NCBI GenBank assembly: GCA_904063045.1
Contig: CAJFCJ010000016.1
Coordinates: 372,001 to 436,000, forward strand
DNA: 64,000 bases
Direction: 5' to 3'
DNA from: Dimorphilus gyrociliatus
Lineage: Eukaryota; Animalia; Annelida
Part shown: in pieces, positions 24,958 to 39,100 of the stretch
How positions within the stretch are numbered: position 1 is the stretch's first letter
How the letters are laid out: each line of letters starts with the position of its first letter
Position numbers and translations under genes: made by a program
Notes under the pieces: model-generated
The model's input: only the letters and a program-made list of their open reading frames with translations
Database searches by the model: none
Told to the model about the DNA's origin: nothing

Positions 24958-27900
24958 GAAGAAGAAGAGAGAAAGAAAACGAGCGAAAAATAGACGGTGA
25001 AGAAAGGAAGAAAATATGGGTGGGATAGAATTGGGAAGGGATGGGATAGAAGGGAAGGGAAGGGAAGGGAAAGGGTTTAGGGGAAGAAAAGTAGACTTTT
25101 TGCCGGGTATGGACATTTAAAACTGAGAGGGATGGGAAATAGGGTGAAGCTACCTTCGGCTATGTAGTAGTCATTAAGTCAGTTTATCTCCTTGTTTGTT
25201 TGTTTTCTTTTTTTATATTGTTAGATAAATATTGTGATAGATGTTCAACTTTTGACAGTGCAGCCTGTAAGTCCAAGCCAGACTTTTATAACGTTATAAC
25301 TTATCGTTGGAATTTAATTTAAGCCAATACTTATGTGTATAAGTCTTGATAATATTTTGCGGTTTGGACCTGACAATTGGCATCGACAGGAAGTAGAATA
25401 TCCACTTTGTATTTATCTATAAGTTTTTTATATGCAACTTTTTTTAGTCGTTTATCGAATAAAACATATCAAAAGATATTTATGTCTGTTTATTTTACAG
25501 AAAGATTCACGCTATAATAATTAATCAAATTCTCGCTATTCCCTATTCATCTTCCCCGCCAAATCATGCATAAATGTTTTGCTAAGCGTTTGGGTAGACA
25601 CGCAAAACACTGTAGGCTTGTCATTTAAAGTATTCGTTTACCGACTAGTTGATTCCGTTAATTAAAAAAGTAACAGTTATTTTACTTCTTTATACTTCAT
25701 CTGTCTACTTGTATTATCGTTTCCTTTGTTTTTCTCTTGTTGGCTTTGTTTTCCATCAAATATATTTATACTTTCTTCATTCTCTCCTCTCTCTCTCTCT
25801 CTCTTCTCGTTCTTTATACTTACTTATCTAGATGTCTGTATATATCTATATATCTATATGTTTATCTATAATCTCCTTTATTTGTAATATTTAACCCTTC
25901 CTTGTCCTATTATAAAAATATTCTTGTACTAGTCTAGTTTGAAAATAGTTAAGAGTTCAAATAGGCCAAAACTTCCTTCACTCTTCGTTTTTTTGGCAAG
26001 GGATATAATAGAATTTTAATGTTTTGTTAGGACAATTAGTCTCTCTTTCATTCTCTTCTTCCATCTAAACAGTTATCTATCTCTTCGTATCAGCCTATAT
26101 GGTTTTATAAACGGCTTTTTAACCTTTATTTTTTTTTTATTATTTCATTATAGCATAAAAACAGGAAAAGATAATTAAAAGATCAGAATCTATATATATA
26201 AGGGAAAAAGAACGAGTGTCTTTTTGTGTCTTCTACTAACCCCTTTCTTTCATTCATCTCCGCCCACTTACTCATCCCTATCTCGATTTTCAAAAGATAA
26301 GATTTCTGGATTAGATATTGAACGCGTTTCTCAACTCCACCTATCGATCTACGACCCCGATCTCTTTATTCTTTTTCTTCCACTCCTTCTTCATTATCTC
26401 TTTTATAAGAAAATCATAAAGATTTATGTTTACAAGTTGATTAGATTATTAATTAATTCGATAAAGTCTGAAATGTGTACAATTATTTTAGCTATAGAAA
26501 TAAGCTTAATACAAGGGAATTTATCTTAATTTTCACTGGAGACTCTCGTTACGATGATTAATTGCCTGTTTAGATTTTTTTTTCTATTTTACGCTTTTGG
26601 CAACTCCCGTTTTTTCATTTATTTTCAAGGTAATTAAATAGAGAAAATGATCACGGAATAGGCAAACATGGCTGGCATGGCTTCAAACAACGAAAATCTA
26701 TCCTATAATTGCCTGGATGGGATGATTTTATCCTTCTTGCCTGTCTAGTAAAGATTACCTTTAATAGTTTCTGTGACTATATTGTCTAGACGGTCTTGTA
26801 GTCTTTATTTATTACAATTATGTCTCTTTAACTTTTTGCCTTCCCCTTATTTACCCTATTATTTCTATTAAATAGACTTCTATTGGCATACTTTTGTTTC
26901 CATTCCCTAAATTCAGATACATTATAGGGCTGCTGGTAAGCTGTAAGAAAATTACCTTTGACAGATATTCCGTCCCTAAGAACGGGTCTATATTAGTATG
27001 AGTTTTCTTTCTTTAATAATTAATAGTGATAACTTAGTTTTTGTTGCTACAAGACAGAAGAAAGAGTATAAATAAAGTTACGTTAGATATGCGGTACATT
27101 TTCTTAAGCTTTATTAATTTGATAGATTTGCATGACTTTAATCCTCTCCTCATCTCTCATCTAAATTGCATGCGATAGGCGACGGGACGGAACCGTCTTT
27201 TTTCTTTTTCTTACATTCCTTTCTCTCTCTCTCTCTGTCTGTCTGAGTCTTTTTCATCTAAATCCTTTATTCTTAACTAACTTCTTGAATATTCAAGCAG
27301 TTTAATTCAGCCCTGTTCGTATACGTCTTCTATTCTCTATGCAATAGGAGAAAAACATGGTGCTTCTGTAAAAATGCATTGTTATATATTAGAGGCAGGT
27401 GTAAGGCATTTATAGTACATAAATAAGAATGTGTCTGACATGATAGATAATCCGGCAAAGGAAAAGAGAAATACGGGAAGGTCAATAATTCTTTCATTTA
27501 CTATTTTATTCCTTCGACTCTAGCAACTTCTCACCGACGATTTTTCTTTTATCTCTCTGCCTCTCAAGCTTCTGTTGTCGGTCACTAAGAAGAGGGCATC
27601 TTAATTGAAAAAAACAGTCGATATGGCGAATCTGACGAATAAAATAGCGGGAAAAAAGGAAAAAAGAGTGGATTATTCCACAGAAATAAAGAGAAAAAGC
27701 AAAGGGCTTTTAGGAAACGTCGATGTGATCTATTTTCACTTAAAAGCTCAGCCACGTGTTAATGTGTGTATATATTCCTTAGCTAAGGTAGTTGTTGGGA
27801 AAAAGCGCCACTAAATTCTTTCAATCTTCCAACTCGTATTCTTATTTCGTCTATAATCTTCTTGATCTTCCTTATTTAAATCTATCTATCATTCTAAATA

Positions 27901-29904
27901 TCTTTATATATAGATATAAATAAAGATTGTTTACAAACTAACCCTGTTCAGTAGAACACAAAGAAATTGGTTATACTACTTGTGTTGATAAAAAATTGAT
28001 ACGTTCGGACAAAAAGTTAATCCGACTCCTAATGTCTGAAGAAGATAATACTTGAAAGGCTCTTTCTTACTTTCTTAACGATCCCTTAATCAAAACTAAC
28101 GACTGGAAGAGGAGTGTTTTTGGATTTGGATAAAGAAAATAAAAAGAAAGAGAAAGAAAAAAAACGTCTTTCAACGACGGTGGTGGTCCATTTTCGATTA
28201 GAATTTAATAGACGTCTATAAAAGGCTAGTTTGAATACTTATAAAAGAAAGGAATATATCCAAATTTACCTTCTGTTCTACTTTTTTTTGCCTTTATGTA
28301 CGCATTTGCTATTTTTGATGAAAAGTCGCGTAATAAAAATTCAAAAGATCACCTCGTAAAAGGATAGTTAAAAGACCGAATCGGCCTATTACCCTAAAAA
28401 GTCTCAAATATGTCTAGTGAGCCCCCTAAGGCAAGATATCTATGTCAATGAATAAGAATGAAACCTTGATATAGACCCTTATTCATAGCAATTTGGGCTT
28501 TCATCAACACCTTGAGAGTGTCTATTGTAAAGGGCGTGTATAGTTTCATAGAATAAAAACAAACAGATTATTATTCTTATTATTTTTATTATTTTAGTTA
28601 TTATTGAAATTATTCTCATTATGATTATTATTAAAAATGTTTCGACAACCAAAAAACAAAAATAAACCAACTGCAACATCACGTTTTAAAAAAAAAGACA
28701 GTTATTTTTTCCCCTTTCTACTGACGATAAAGAAGGCTCAAAATGGCACAAGATATTTTATTACTTTTTTAATTATTTTCCTCATTTTTTTTATATCTTT
28801 CTCTTTCTCTTTCTCTCAGTCTTCTATATCTCCCTCCCTCCCTCTCTCTCTCTCTCTCTCTCTCTTTCTGTCGTTTCTTAAGGAAAAATTTTCTACTATC
28901 ACATTCGTCTTTTTTTTTCTGTTACGTTACCAGATATAATTACTATGGCATCGAATTTTTAACCCGTAAATGCTTCTATCTCCCTTTTTCATTACTCATT
29001 TTCAAACATAATATATATATAATTAAACAGGAAAACTGTACAGGTAACAAAATGTACAATATAACTGTAAGAGAGATGTAAGGAAAAAAGCAGAGCCAAA
29101 TTTTGTGGAAACCATCATCCGTATCTTTCTCCCTCTTCATCTTTAGCTTCTTTATTTTTATTTCTTATATTTTTCTTCCTCCGTTTTTCTTTCATTTTTA
29201 CAAATAAAGAATTCAAGAGTAAAACGAGCTCGAGATATAAACAGCAATAGTTTTGGAAATTAATTAATTAATTAACAAGGAACAGAGGAATCCAAAATTA
29301 AGAACCAAAACAAAAAAATTTAATAAAAAAAAGAAACAAAAACATAAAAGAATTACTAAATTGAATGAATCAAGAGAGGACAAAATATTTATGTTATCAT
29401 TGTTATTTTCCTTTCTTTTTCCTTTTCCTGCCCTCTATATTCCTTGCAAAGCAATATGAGATTATGAGCAGTTTTAAATAAAGGAGAGGAAAAAAAAAAG
29501 AAGCTAAGACGAGATTTTTCGATCCTCTTTTCCTTACTTCTAACCCTTAGAAATTCATTTTGATATAAGGTGGGATATATCACGGTAATACTTAAGTAAG
29601 CAAAAAAAAAAAAAGCCATAATTATTTAAGAGAAAATTGTCTCACGGAAAAGGATTTGTTTTTTTCTTTCTTTCTTTGCTGAGTAGATAAAAAAAATTAC
29701 AAAAAAAAATGACAAGAAAAATGTGCAACATTTTCCCTGCCGCTTAACTGCACACTATAGTCTTTCTCATCTCTTTCATGTTTTTTGTATATACACGAAT
29801 GTATAATAACAAACAGCACCGTCTTACGAATCTATACAATAACAAACTCGGTTTTTTTGCAGCAAAAACCCAAAAAAAAAAATGAAAATAACAGTAATAA
29901 TAAA

Positions 29905-29906
<2 letters not shown>

Positions 29907-29961
<55 letters not shown>

Positions 29962-29962
29962 A
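29907..29962. repeat. (TA)n microsatellite
   Basis: About 25 TA units, directly visible. Confidence 0.95.
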
Positions 29963-30116
29963 TTAGGGGGGAAACATTTCTTTTCTGTTTCTCCCCCTTC
30001 CCCTTTCTTTTTTCAGATGCGATATGAGAACTATTCTGTCTCAATATAATATGGAATTGTTTGAGGTTACATATATAAGATGCTCCAATGTCTATAAGTG
30101 CTGGTGGTTTCGTTTC

Positions 30117-33100
30117 TTAACTGTATTTTCCTATTTGTTCACGAGCGCGAGCTAATTCAGTTTGTAGTTGAATATTTTGCTGCTCGGCTACAACTGCTCT
30201 CTTTCTGAAGTGCTCTGCTTGACCCTTGTACTTCGCTTTAACCTGTAACAAAAAAGAAATAGCAATGTCAATAAGCAATTATCATGTTTCTTGTTTTTTG
30301 TCTCATCTTATAAATGTAAATCAAGAAAGATAAATAATAACAGTATAAAGGTAAAAATAGAGAACCAAGAGAAAAAGGGGATCTAGTCAATTGACTTTTA
30401 ACGTAAGTAGTTTTATATATACTTAAATAAAGAGAACGGAATTAGGGGGAAGGCAGACGGTGGGGGTGAAAGTAGACTAAGAGAGAAAGAAAGAGACAAA
30501 AGAGTATGTATGTATATACTATACTGTATATACATCTTACCACTCTCTCCCCTTCTCTATTTCCAATAGAAACATTTGAAAAGCAAATGCGTAAAAAACA
30601 GAATTTGAGAAAGAAAAAAAGATTGATTGAATGAACGACAGGAAAGAAAACAAGATTTGAAAAACAAATGTCAATGGAATATGGGGCCAAGGAGAGTAAA
30701 CATTGACTAAATGTGAAAATGATTAAATTACACGTAAAAAATTGATTTAGTTTCTGAAATCGAAAGAATAAAAAAAAAAGAAAAAGAACAAACTTTTGTA
30801 GAAAAAGTAAATAAAAAGAAAATTCTTTAACTTACGTTTGAAATTTCGTTAGCATTTCTAGTCATCATTGCCTTCATTTGACTCTTCATTTGATGACAAC
30901 ATTGTTCGGCATTCTTTTTAGCTTCTTTACAGTCGTTTAATTCCTAATAGAGCGAAAGGAAAAACATTAATCGAATTTTTTTCACCGAAATGCCTATTCG
31001 TGCTTTTCAATTTCGCTCAACCGCAAAAAACTAACTGTAACAGACGAGTCGTATTACTTTACAGTCGATTAATAAAGCTCCTAACCTACGTTCACTTCCT
31101 CTAACTCTAACTATCTCATTCGATAATTAATTTAATTAGGAGAATATTGAAGTGCAGGAAAAACAACTGGATCGAGATGGAGAGAGTGAGAGAGTGCACA
31201 TCGCTACATGTCTTACGTTCGAGAACTATATCCTTCCCTAATTTTCACGGTTAGTGAAATTGAAACGTGTCTATCGCTAAAACGAGAAACCGCAAAAAGT
31301 ATCTCATTAATCTATTAATTAAGTTAGAAAGAGCTATAATTACGTATAACTATCAAAAGAATAGCTTGCAATATTCCATTGGGAAAATTTCCATAAATGT
31401 AACAAAGTCGGTCCCAAGTGAAACGTAATTTTGTAATGAGGCAGTCGACTAACACCGAGAGAGAAATACATCAACCTATTTCCAATTTTATGCGCAATAC
31501 TTGTTAGTGTATTTAATCATGTACATAAATTTCGGCTATAAATATATTATTGTAAATGGACTAGTCAAAGGGGGCGGCTAAATAAAATTTGAATTGAAGG
31601 GCAATAAAATCTGTTCTGGCAGTTTGCGCTACAACCTTCTGATCCATGACAACAACGAAGCAAACGCGACACCCTTGCAAACTGAATGATTAACATTCAT
31701 GGTAAAATATAGATAAAAAAAGAAGAGAGACAGCATGAAAGATCGAAAAGGTTATTTTGGTTAGACAGGAGGGGGAGGGGAGGGGGGAATGTTTTTGGCA
31801 ATCCATCCACTAAAGACACGATTCGGGTGGAGTTGAGCAAACATTTCCCAAAAAAAAAAAAGAATTTTATGTTCAACCTTATTCTTTTTTTTAACCGTGC
31901 ATTGTTGTGAGCGCGGGCAATGGTAGAGACGGACGGATAGAGAGAGAGAAGAAAAAAAAAAGAGAGGAGACTGAGCCAGACAGAGAAGTAAAGTGTGAGA
32001 AAGCTAAAAGGAAGTATACCCCGTATGATTGATTGATTGATTGATGAGCAACAAATGAGATCATTCTAAGTTAAAAATAAAATTTACATATCTAAATTCA
32101 ACTGTAATCCCGAAGAAGCGTTCACATTCTAATCAATAATTATCATTAAGCGAAAAAGGAAAAGAGTTGAAGGCGTAATTCAGCGCCTCCTAGATCTTAA
32201 AACGTAGAACGAAAGAACGGCATATGTCCATTATAGTACTATTTACCTCTTATTTAACTTGTCAAGTGTGAGTGGTGCCTTGTAAAAAATTTTGTCGAAT
32301 AATATTTACCTCTAAGTATAAAAGAACTACTTGTTCAAAAGTTTGTTATGGAAATAGAATGAAAATGTTATATCCATTAAATTAAATAAAGTGACTATTT
32401 AATGTTACATTACACATAAAGTTAGATATATAATCTGATTTCGAATCGTTATTTATGTATATTTTAATTCTTTCTATCACCTAGTTTAAAGACTTTTCGA
32501 GAAAATTATCATTAAACTAAAATAAAAGATAACGAAAGAAAGGAATTTAGCAATAGGGAATAAAGAATAAAAAATATATATAGATTAGATACTACTAATA
32601 AAAACATTTTATATATTTGTTTAAGTACACCAGAAAGGAGTAGAGAAGATATTTAACAGATAGAGAGAGAGAGATATGGAGAGGGGCGAGGGGGGACAGG
32701 GAGGGAGAAAAAATATCTAAGAGGGATAAAAAAACGGAAGAAATTAGATAAAAGGGAGAAGAGAAACAATTAATTCTATGAAAGGAGTAAATTAATTTTT
32801 AAAGTTAATTACTAAATATGTCCAATTAAGAAGGAAACCCGTTGTTTTTACTAAAAAGATATACAAATCTATTTATACATGCATAAAGTAGGTGGTATAA
32901 GAAAAGTCTCTTTGTTTGTAAATCTCATAAAAAACAATGGAAAAAGAACAAGAAAGAATGAAATCTATTTAACACGCGAACTTTCATACAAGTATGTATA
33001 CTGTATACTGTATATATATATATACGTAACAATGTAGGCAAAGTTAAAAAGAAAAATTACACTCCATCTGCATTACATATTTCACCATCAAACGAAAAAA

Positions 33101-36100
33101 ATTGCAGGCCAATAGTGTGAAAGCTTCTGGCTTCGGTTTATATAAAGAAAAAATGAAGAGGACAAGGTGAAGGATAGTTACAATAGCAAAGATAGAAAGA
33201 AGAAGAAAACGTAAAAAAAAAAAAGAGGCGGTCAAGTATATTTTTGCCTATATTTTGTTTTCTTTTTATTAAATAATCCGAGACCTTGACACGTGTACAA
33301 AAAAAAATCCCATATTTATATATGTTATGCAAAAGAACTGTTGCATATTCATACTAGATAACCTTCGGGCCTGGATACCCATCCGGTTTATTGAAATGAA
33401 TATAGAGTGGAATAAATAAATGGCCAAAGAGAAAAATATACAAGAATATTTTAAGAGCGTGGAGGGAGGGAGGGAGGGAGGGAGGGAGGTGGCGGAGTGG
33501 ATTTATAACAAGATCTTCGGCGGCTAAATATAGATATTTATATTCAACAAAACTAGCACTTTGAGAATAGATTGTTTGAAAGTTAAAGGAAAAAACTATG
33601 TCATATTTGTCACGTAAACATTTCTAGGTTCCTAGACTTAATCCTATAGAAAACAAAAAAAACTAATCGATGAAAGCCACTTATGTCAAATTTCATAACA
33701 CCCGATAAGATAATTCATATTACGTAATAACTTTTTACTGTCGACACAGTTAACATCCGCGTCCATGGTATACGCCTATCATTTTGTTTTTCAAGCACTG
33801 AAAGCTATTAGGAGCTATTTTTACCTAACTTTTCTCTGATTCTTTACTAATACAAAAGAGAATAGGAAGATAGGAAAATCGTACAAACCTTCTCTACTTT
33901 ATCTTTAGCTGTTTTCAATTTTGCTTCCATCTTCATAAAGTCGCTATGTTTATTATTATTATTTTGTCCGCTATATTGAGCCATTAATAACAGTTTATCA
34001 AGTATATCCACTGGTCCTTCGTCCGAATCGGATGGTGGAGTAGGGGTTTGTCGAATTGATATTCCAGCTGGCTTGTCAAATTTACATCGTTGATACCTTC
34101 GAGCATCAACTACGGTATTTTCATCGGGAGAAGACGGTGAAAGGTCACTACCCGAATCGGATGAAGTAAATTCGTAAGTGGAGGGTGAGACCCTTCTCTG
34201 AGGGGCCAATTCGACATTGGGTGCGACATGTTGCTCTTCGCATGTAAAGGGTATGACCCTGTCTGGATTTACCAGAGGTGGTGGCTTCTTGTAGGTATAG
34301 ACAATGTGTACATTTTTTTTATTTTTTGCCTGCTGGGTAGGCGTCCAAACTTGAGGGGTTTCAACTCGAAACTTTTTCGAATAGGCCTCTTCCGGATCCA
34401 CGGTCTGTTTTTAGGACAGGAATATATAATATTGCTTGTTTTTGTATAGATTACGTAAACATATAAAAAGCGTGGCGCCAATAACAGATGTTGAAAATAT
34501 TTTAATTTTTTTTTTATTCAGAAGACTCAACCATCCTCTTCCTAATCGAGACGGTATCAACTTTTTCATAACTATTGCGTAATTTTGTTTATTACATTTT
34601 TTAATTGTTTTATGTTTATTGATATTAAAAAGCTTCACAACCCGTCCCAAATCTAGACTTAGTAAATAATGGGACCGACAAGGTCCCGAACAGATCGATT
34701 ACATCTAATAAAAAAAACACACCAATTCATTTATCTTCCCATCCAATTAGTCAGTCTAGTCCCTTTTCATTTATTTTTAATCACCCCTTAGTAAGCAATA
34801 AATTAAAAAGACTACTGATATCTGTGGTAATTAACGCTTCGTTGCACTACTAGACATGCTCAAGTCAGCCGTTGCACACGCTTTTGCAAAATTCACTGCT
34901 TTATCTCCACGCGCCCTTATCGACATGTCGCGTGCAAACATTCAAAAATAACCCATTCAAGTATTTTTATTGATTAAAGATGTTTTGAATATTGACATCC
35001 GTATTTAATAACTACAATTCTTTTATTCCCCGCTTCGTTCACCCTACCCCCTACTGAACTGTACAACAGTTTTCGTTGCTGCACCTGCTTATAAACAGAT
35101 CGATCTCCCATTGAAACTATAACAAAAAAAAGAGTACATACTGTTAAAGTAAAGAGACAGAAAACTAAAAAATAGCGTTGTGGTGTTAATTAGGCGATTT
35201 GTAAAGGAAAAGCGTATCCGAAAAAGGCGGGGGTTTCTATCGTCATATGAATAATTCACAGCTTTTTTCGTCTCAAATAAAAACGACTCTGACGAAAGAC
35301 GAGAATTGAAAAATTTCCCATCTTTTTACCCATATGGTTTATATATATATATATATATGTCTTTTTACTTTCGTGACAAATATAATTATCTCCAATGTGC
35401 ATGTCAGGCGCTTTTCAAAATTTCATCCTTTTTCTTTCTATCAATCTAATCGTTGAAATATCTCTCATCTATTTTTTAAACAGTAATAGAAAGAAAAGAA
35501 TAAAAGAATAAAATAATAATAGATAGTGAACAGAAAAGAAAGAAAATAGAATATGATTGTATAGGCAAAGACTGAAACTACAACTCCTCCTACTTCCACA
35601 CCCCTAAAGCACCCTCCGCCCCATATCTCTCACTCTCTGTCTCTCTGTCTCTCTCTCTCTCTCTCTCTCCTTCTCCCTTCCTCCCTCCCTCTTCCTCTCT
35701 TTCTGCATGCCTTTTCTCGTTACTCTCTTTACTGCAGCCAGCTCAATATACTGTACTTGTTAGAGAAACGAAAAAAATTTTATTCTTGGCCTTAGGCGTA
35801 GACAAATATTGAAGTTGAATATATTGTCGTGTTAGATCTAAATTTCCCTCCATCTTTCCTTCCTCCTCTTTCCTTCGGGGTTGATGTCTTGTCAAACTCT
35901 TTCCCACTAATTACTTTTTTTGGAGTCAGAAGTCTTAACAGTTAAAAGCAAATAGATAAAAACAGGAAAGGAGACTGTTTGCGCTTTCTGGTACATTGGC
36001 ATATAACCTCACGCCTTATCCATCAATTTAATCTAGATCCTTTCAAACTCTTATAAGGTAACAGTCTGTAGTGTAAATGTCTAGCAATCTGCGTAAAGTA

Positions 36101-39100
36101 GCCGATGGAATTAACATTGTACCTAATTTTTTAAAGAGTACAATTTCCCGCGGGTCAAGATATCAATCAGTAGCGCATTTTTTAATTCAACTCTTATCTG
36201 AAAATATTACTTTTGTAATGTTTTTACACACAAAACTCTGTATATATTCGTATTCATAGGGTCTGTGTCTATAAATACATCTATTCTACTGTATTCTGCA
36301 TAACATATATATATATATATACCAATTGTCTCTATGTAGACATAAAAATCTCTATATATAAACAGAGGGAGGGAGGGGGGAGACGCTTATCTCAAACATT
36401 CCCCCAACGTCTCGTTTATTCCATGAAAAACTCCCAGGGTTCTTTTTCCACGAAGCGCGATATAACAACAAATAACATTTGATTGTTTACGACAAAAGGT
36501 ATGTTAGTCTAAAAAAATCGATTACATAGCCAATACAAATTTATAGAGTTGAAAGCCTAGTCATTCGCAACATCAAACGCATAATAAAAAAGGCGCGAAA
36601 AATACAACGCGTAATAATATACTTTGCTGAGGTCACAGGAGAGACAGACTGCCGCATTACTACGCGCAGACAAAATAGTTCCTCATTGACCTCCTTTTAT
36701 CTAGCCACTAACACTGGCATGTCTTTGATAATGGAATCGATAAAAAGTTTAAAACGATCGACCGACCTATTACACAGTAAAAAATGATCACTTCCTTTAA
36801 AGACGTCTAGACGACGTCTTACATAGGCCGTCGTAATAGAAGCTATTTCTAGGTAAATGAACATTTCTTCGAAATGATTACCCCATTTCCCTTTTCTTTA
36901 AGACCGCCTAACAAGATGATTAAATATGGAGACTTGGTTTAATTTACCCTCTCGTAAACAACATTGTGTCTTATCTACTCGTGATATCGGAAGGACAGAT
37001 AAGGGAAGCATGTCGTCATAGCTGAATTAGTCTTTAAATGGGTCTTTGACATTATGCGCGTGTCAATAATTGGTGGAGAGAGTAAGAAAAGATGAAAAAC
37101 GGCACAATAGCTACTAATCACGTGCAATTTAAAGACTGAACTTTACTCGGATATAATTACATAATAGCCTATGACTAAAATATATTTGACGCAATTTATT
37201 AACTTTTTTGCTCTCTACCCCCTTCACGCCTCCGCCCTCATTCAATCATTTCTTTCTTTCTTTTTTTCTTTCTTCTCGCTCTCTCCGTCCCTCCCTTTCT
37301 TTCCCTCTTTGTTTTCTCTCTTTTACACTTTGGTAAACAACATTCTTTTTTTTTTTTTTGTACTTGAAAAATATACTACGAAATATATAAATAAACACAG
37401 ATAATATAAAATATGAATATTCTAAAAATATCAAACTATACACTATATATGTATAATATCCATCTTATATTCTTTATATACACTGTTTTATTTAGATTTC
37501 ACTGTCCGAACATTCTATATTTAACAAATCTTGTATACACGCTAGTTAATTCTTATTGAAAAAAAATTTTTTTATAGCTTATAGGCCTATTTATTGTGAG
37601 GAGGGCGGGGGGGGGGAAGAGAAGGAATGGAAAGAAAGAGAGAGAGAGAGAGAAAAAATAGGATCTTTAAGTAGTTTTTATATTTAAAGAAAAAAAATGC
37701 ACATGTCCCAGGGTAATTTTTTTATAGAGCATCAAGTATAACGGTTCATGCATACATGAAGTTTTCGTGTCCCCCGTAGCCTTTCAGTCTTTGTACACAC
37801 TATTTTATATATATATATATATATAGAGTATGAGACAGAGACAGACAGACAGACAGAGAGCGGAGAATCTAAAAACCCTATTAAATAATCTATTTACTAT
37901 CTCCTTTTGAGGAAACTTACTAATGACTTTTTCTAGACGGTTTACTAGAACTAGAAATTGTTGGTTTCAATATTATATAATGATAATACATTAGATTAAA
38001 TATTAATAATAATAGTAATAATTGATGAAAAGGGTTAGATAGAAGTCAATTTAATCTTTTAATTAAAATGGCTTTATGAGTTAAATTTGATATTAAGCGT
38101 ATAATTTTGTTAATCTTCCCTCAATATGGTAAATACTGGGATTAAAATTAACTTGGAAATTGTTTACAAGTAGCACGAATAGGCCTTTGTTTTGCTAATA
38201 TAGAAAAGGGTTATCATGCGGGTTTTGGTATAATTATAAGTTTAGGAGGGTAATTTTTTCTCATTATGATTGATGATCTTTATGTATTTATATAGTCCAT
38301 ATTTGCTAGATATAGATACATTAAGTATATAGATTGGTTTGAAAAGCAAACATAAACAAGTTGGTGAATAGGGATATATTTACGAAAATTTGTTACAAAT
38401 ATGGACAGTAATAAAAACCAAACCGGATCAGCCCGGCCGCCGTCTAACCTCAGAAATTGTTACATTTGATCGGTGTATACTGAACAGCACACCCCCTTTC
38501 CACATTTTCCTCTCTCTCTCTCTGTCTATGTGTGCTAACCTATTTTTTTTTAATCACCGGAATATATACAGAATCAAAAAAATAAATGAAATGAACAGAC
38601 AGAGGAATGTTACGTTTAATCCTACGAAAAAATTTAAGACTGAGTATCAAAGGGTTTCCCATTCCAGCTTATCGAACCGTTGTTGACCATGTGCAGGCAC
38701 GCTAAGAAATTGTTACAATATAGATAGTAAATGAAGCCCGTTTGACCACGTGTCAGCTACGAAAATTGTTACAATATGTACAACTCTCGTTACTGAATAC
38801 TCTTTAGACGTTTCCCTTCCCCCTATTTTTCTATTATCAAAACGATCTTAATGATTACTAATTACGAAACCATTCAAACAAGAGCGTCACGTTAGATTGT
38901 TAAAATAGTAAGACTAATTTTCCCTACCTTTCTCTTTACTGTAGTATTAGGATCAAATTTGGCTTTAACATCTTCCAAAGCTCTTTCCAGCCGATCTCTC
39001 CTGCCCATTTGTTTGTTCGCTAACATCAGATAGTACCTCCAATTATCCGATTCGAAACCCCAATGGCACGTTTTACTCTCGTTTGGCTTATGAGAATGAC

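Noticed and set aside
27181-27205. Small hairpin plus T-run resembling a bacterial terminator
   Set aside because: The stem is 5 bp and the context is eukaryotic; expected by chance.
23830-30690. Many 60-110 aa F/L/S/I/Y-rich ORFs (also at 37-43, 46-48 and 59-60 kb)
   Set aside because: They are translations of microsatellite and poly-T tracts, with no splice or homology support.
32056-32066. TGAGATCATT, the 5' end of bantam miRNA
   Set aside because: Only 10 nt match and there is no complementary arm for a hairpin.
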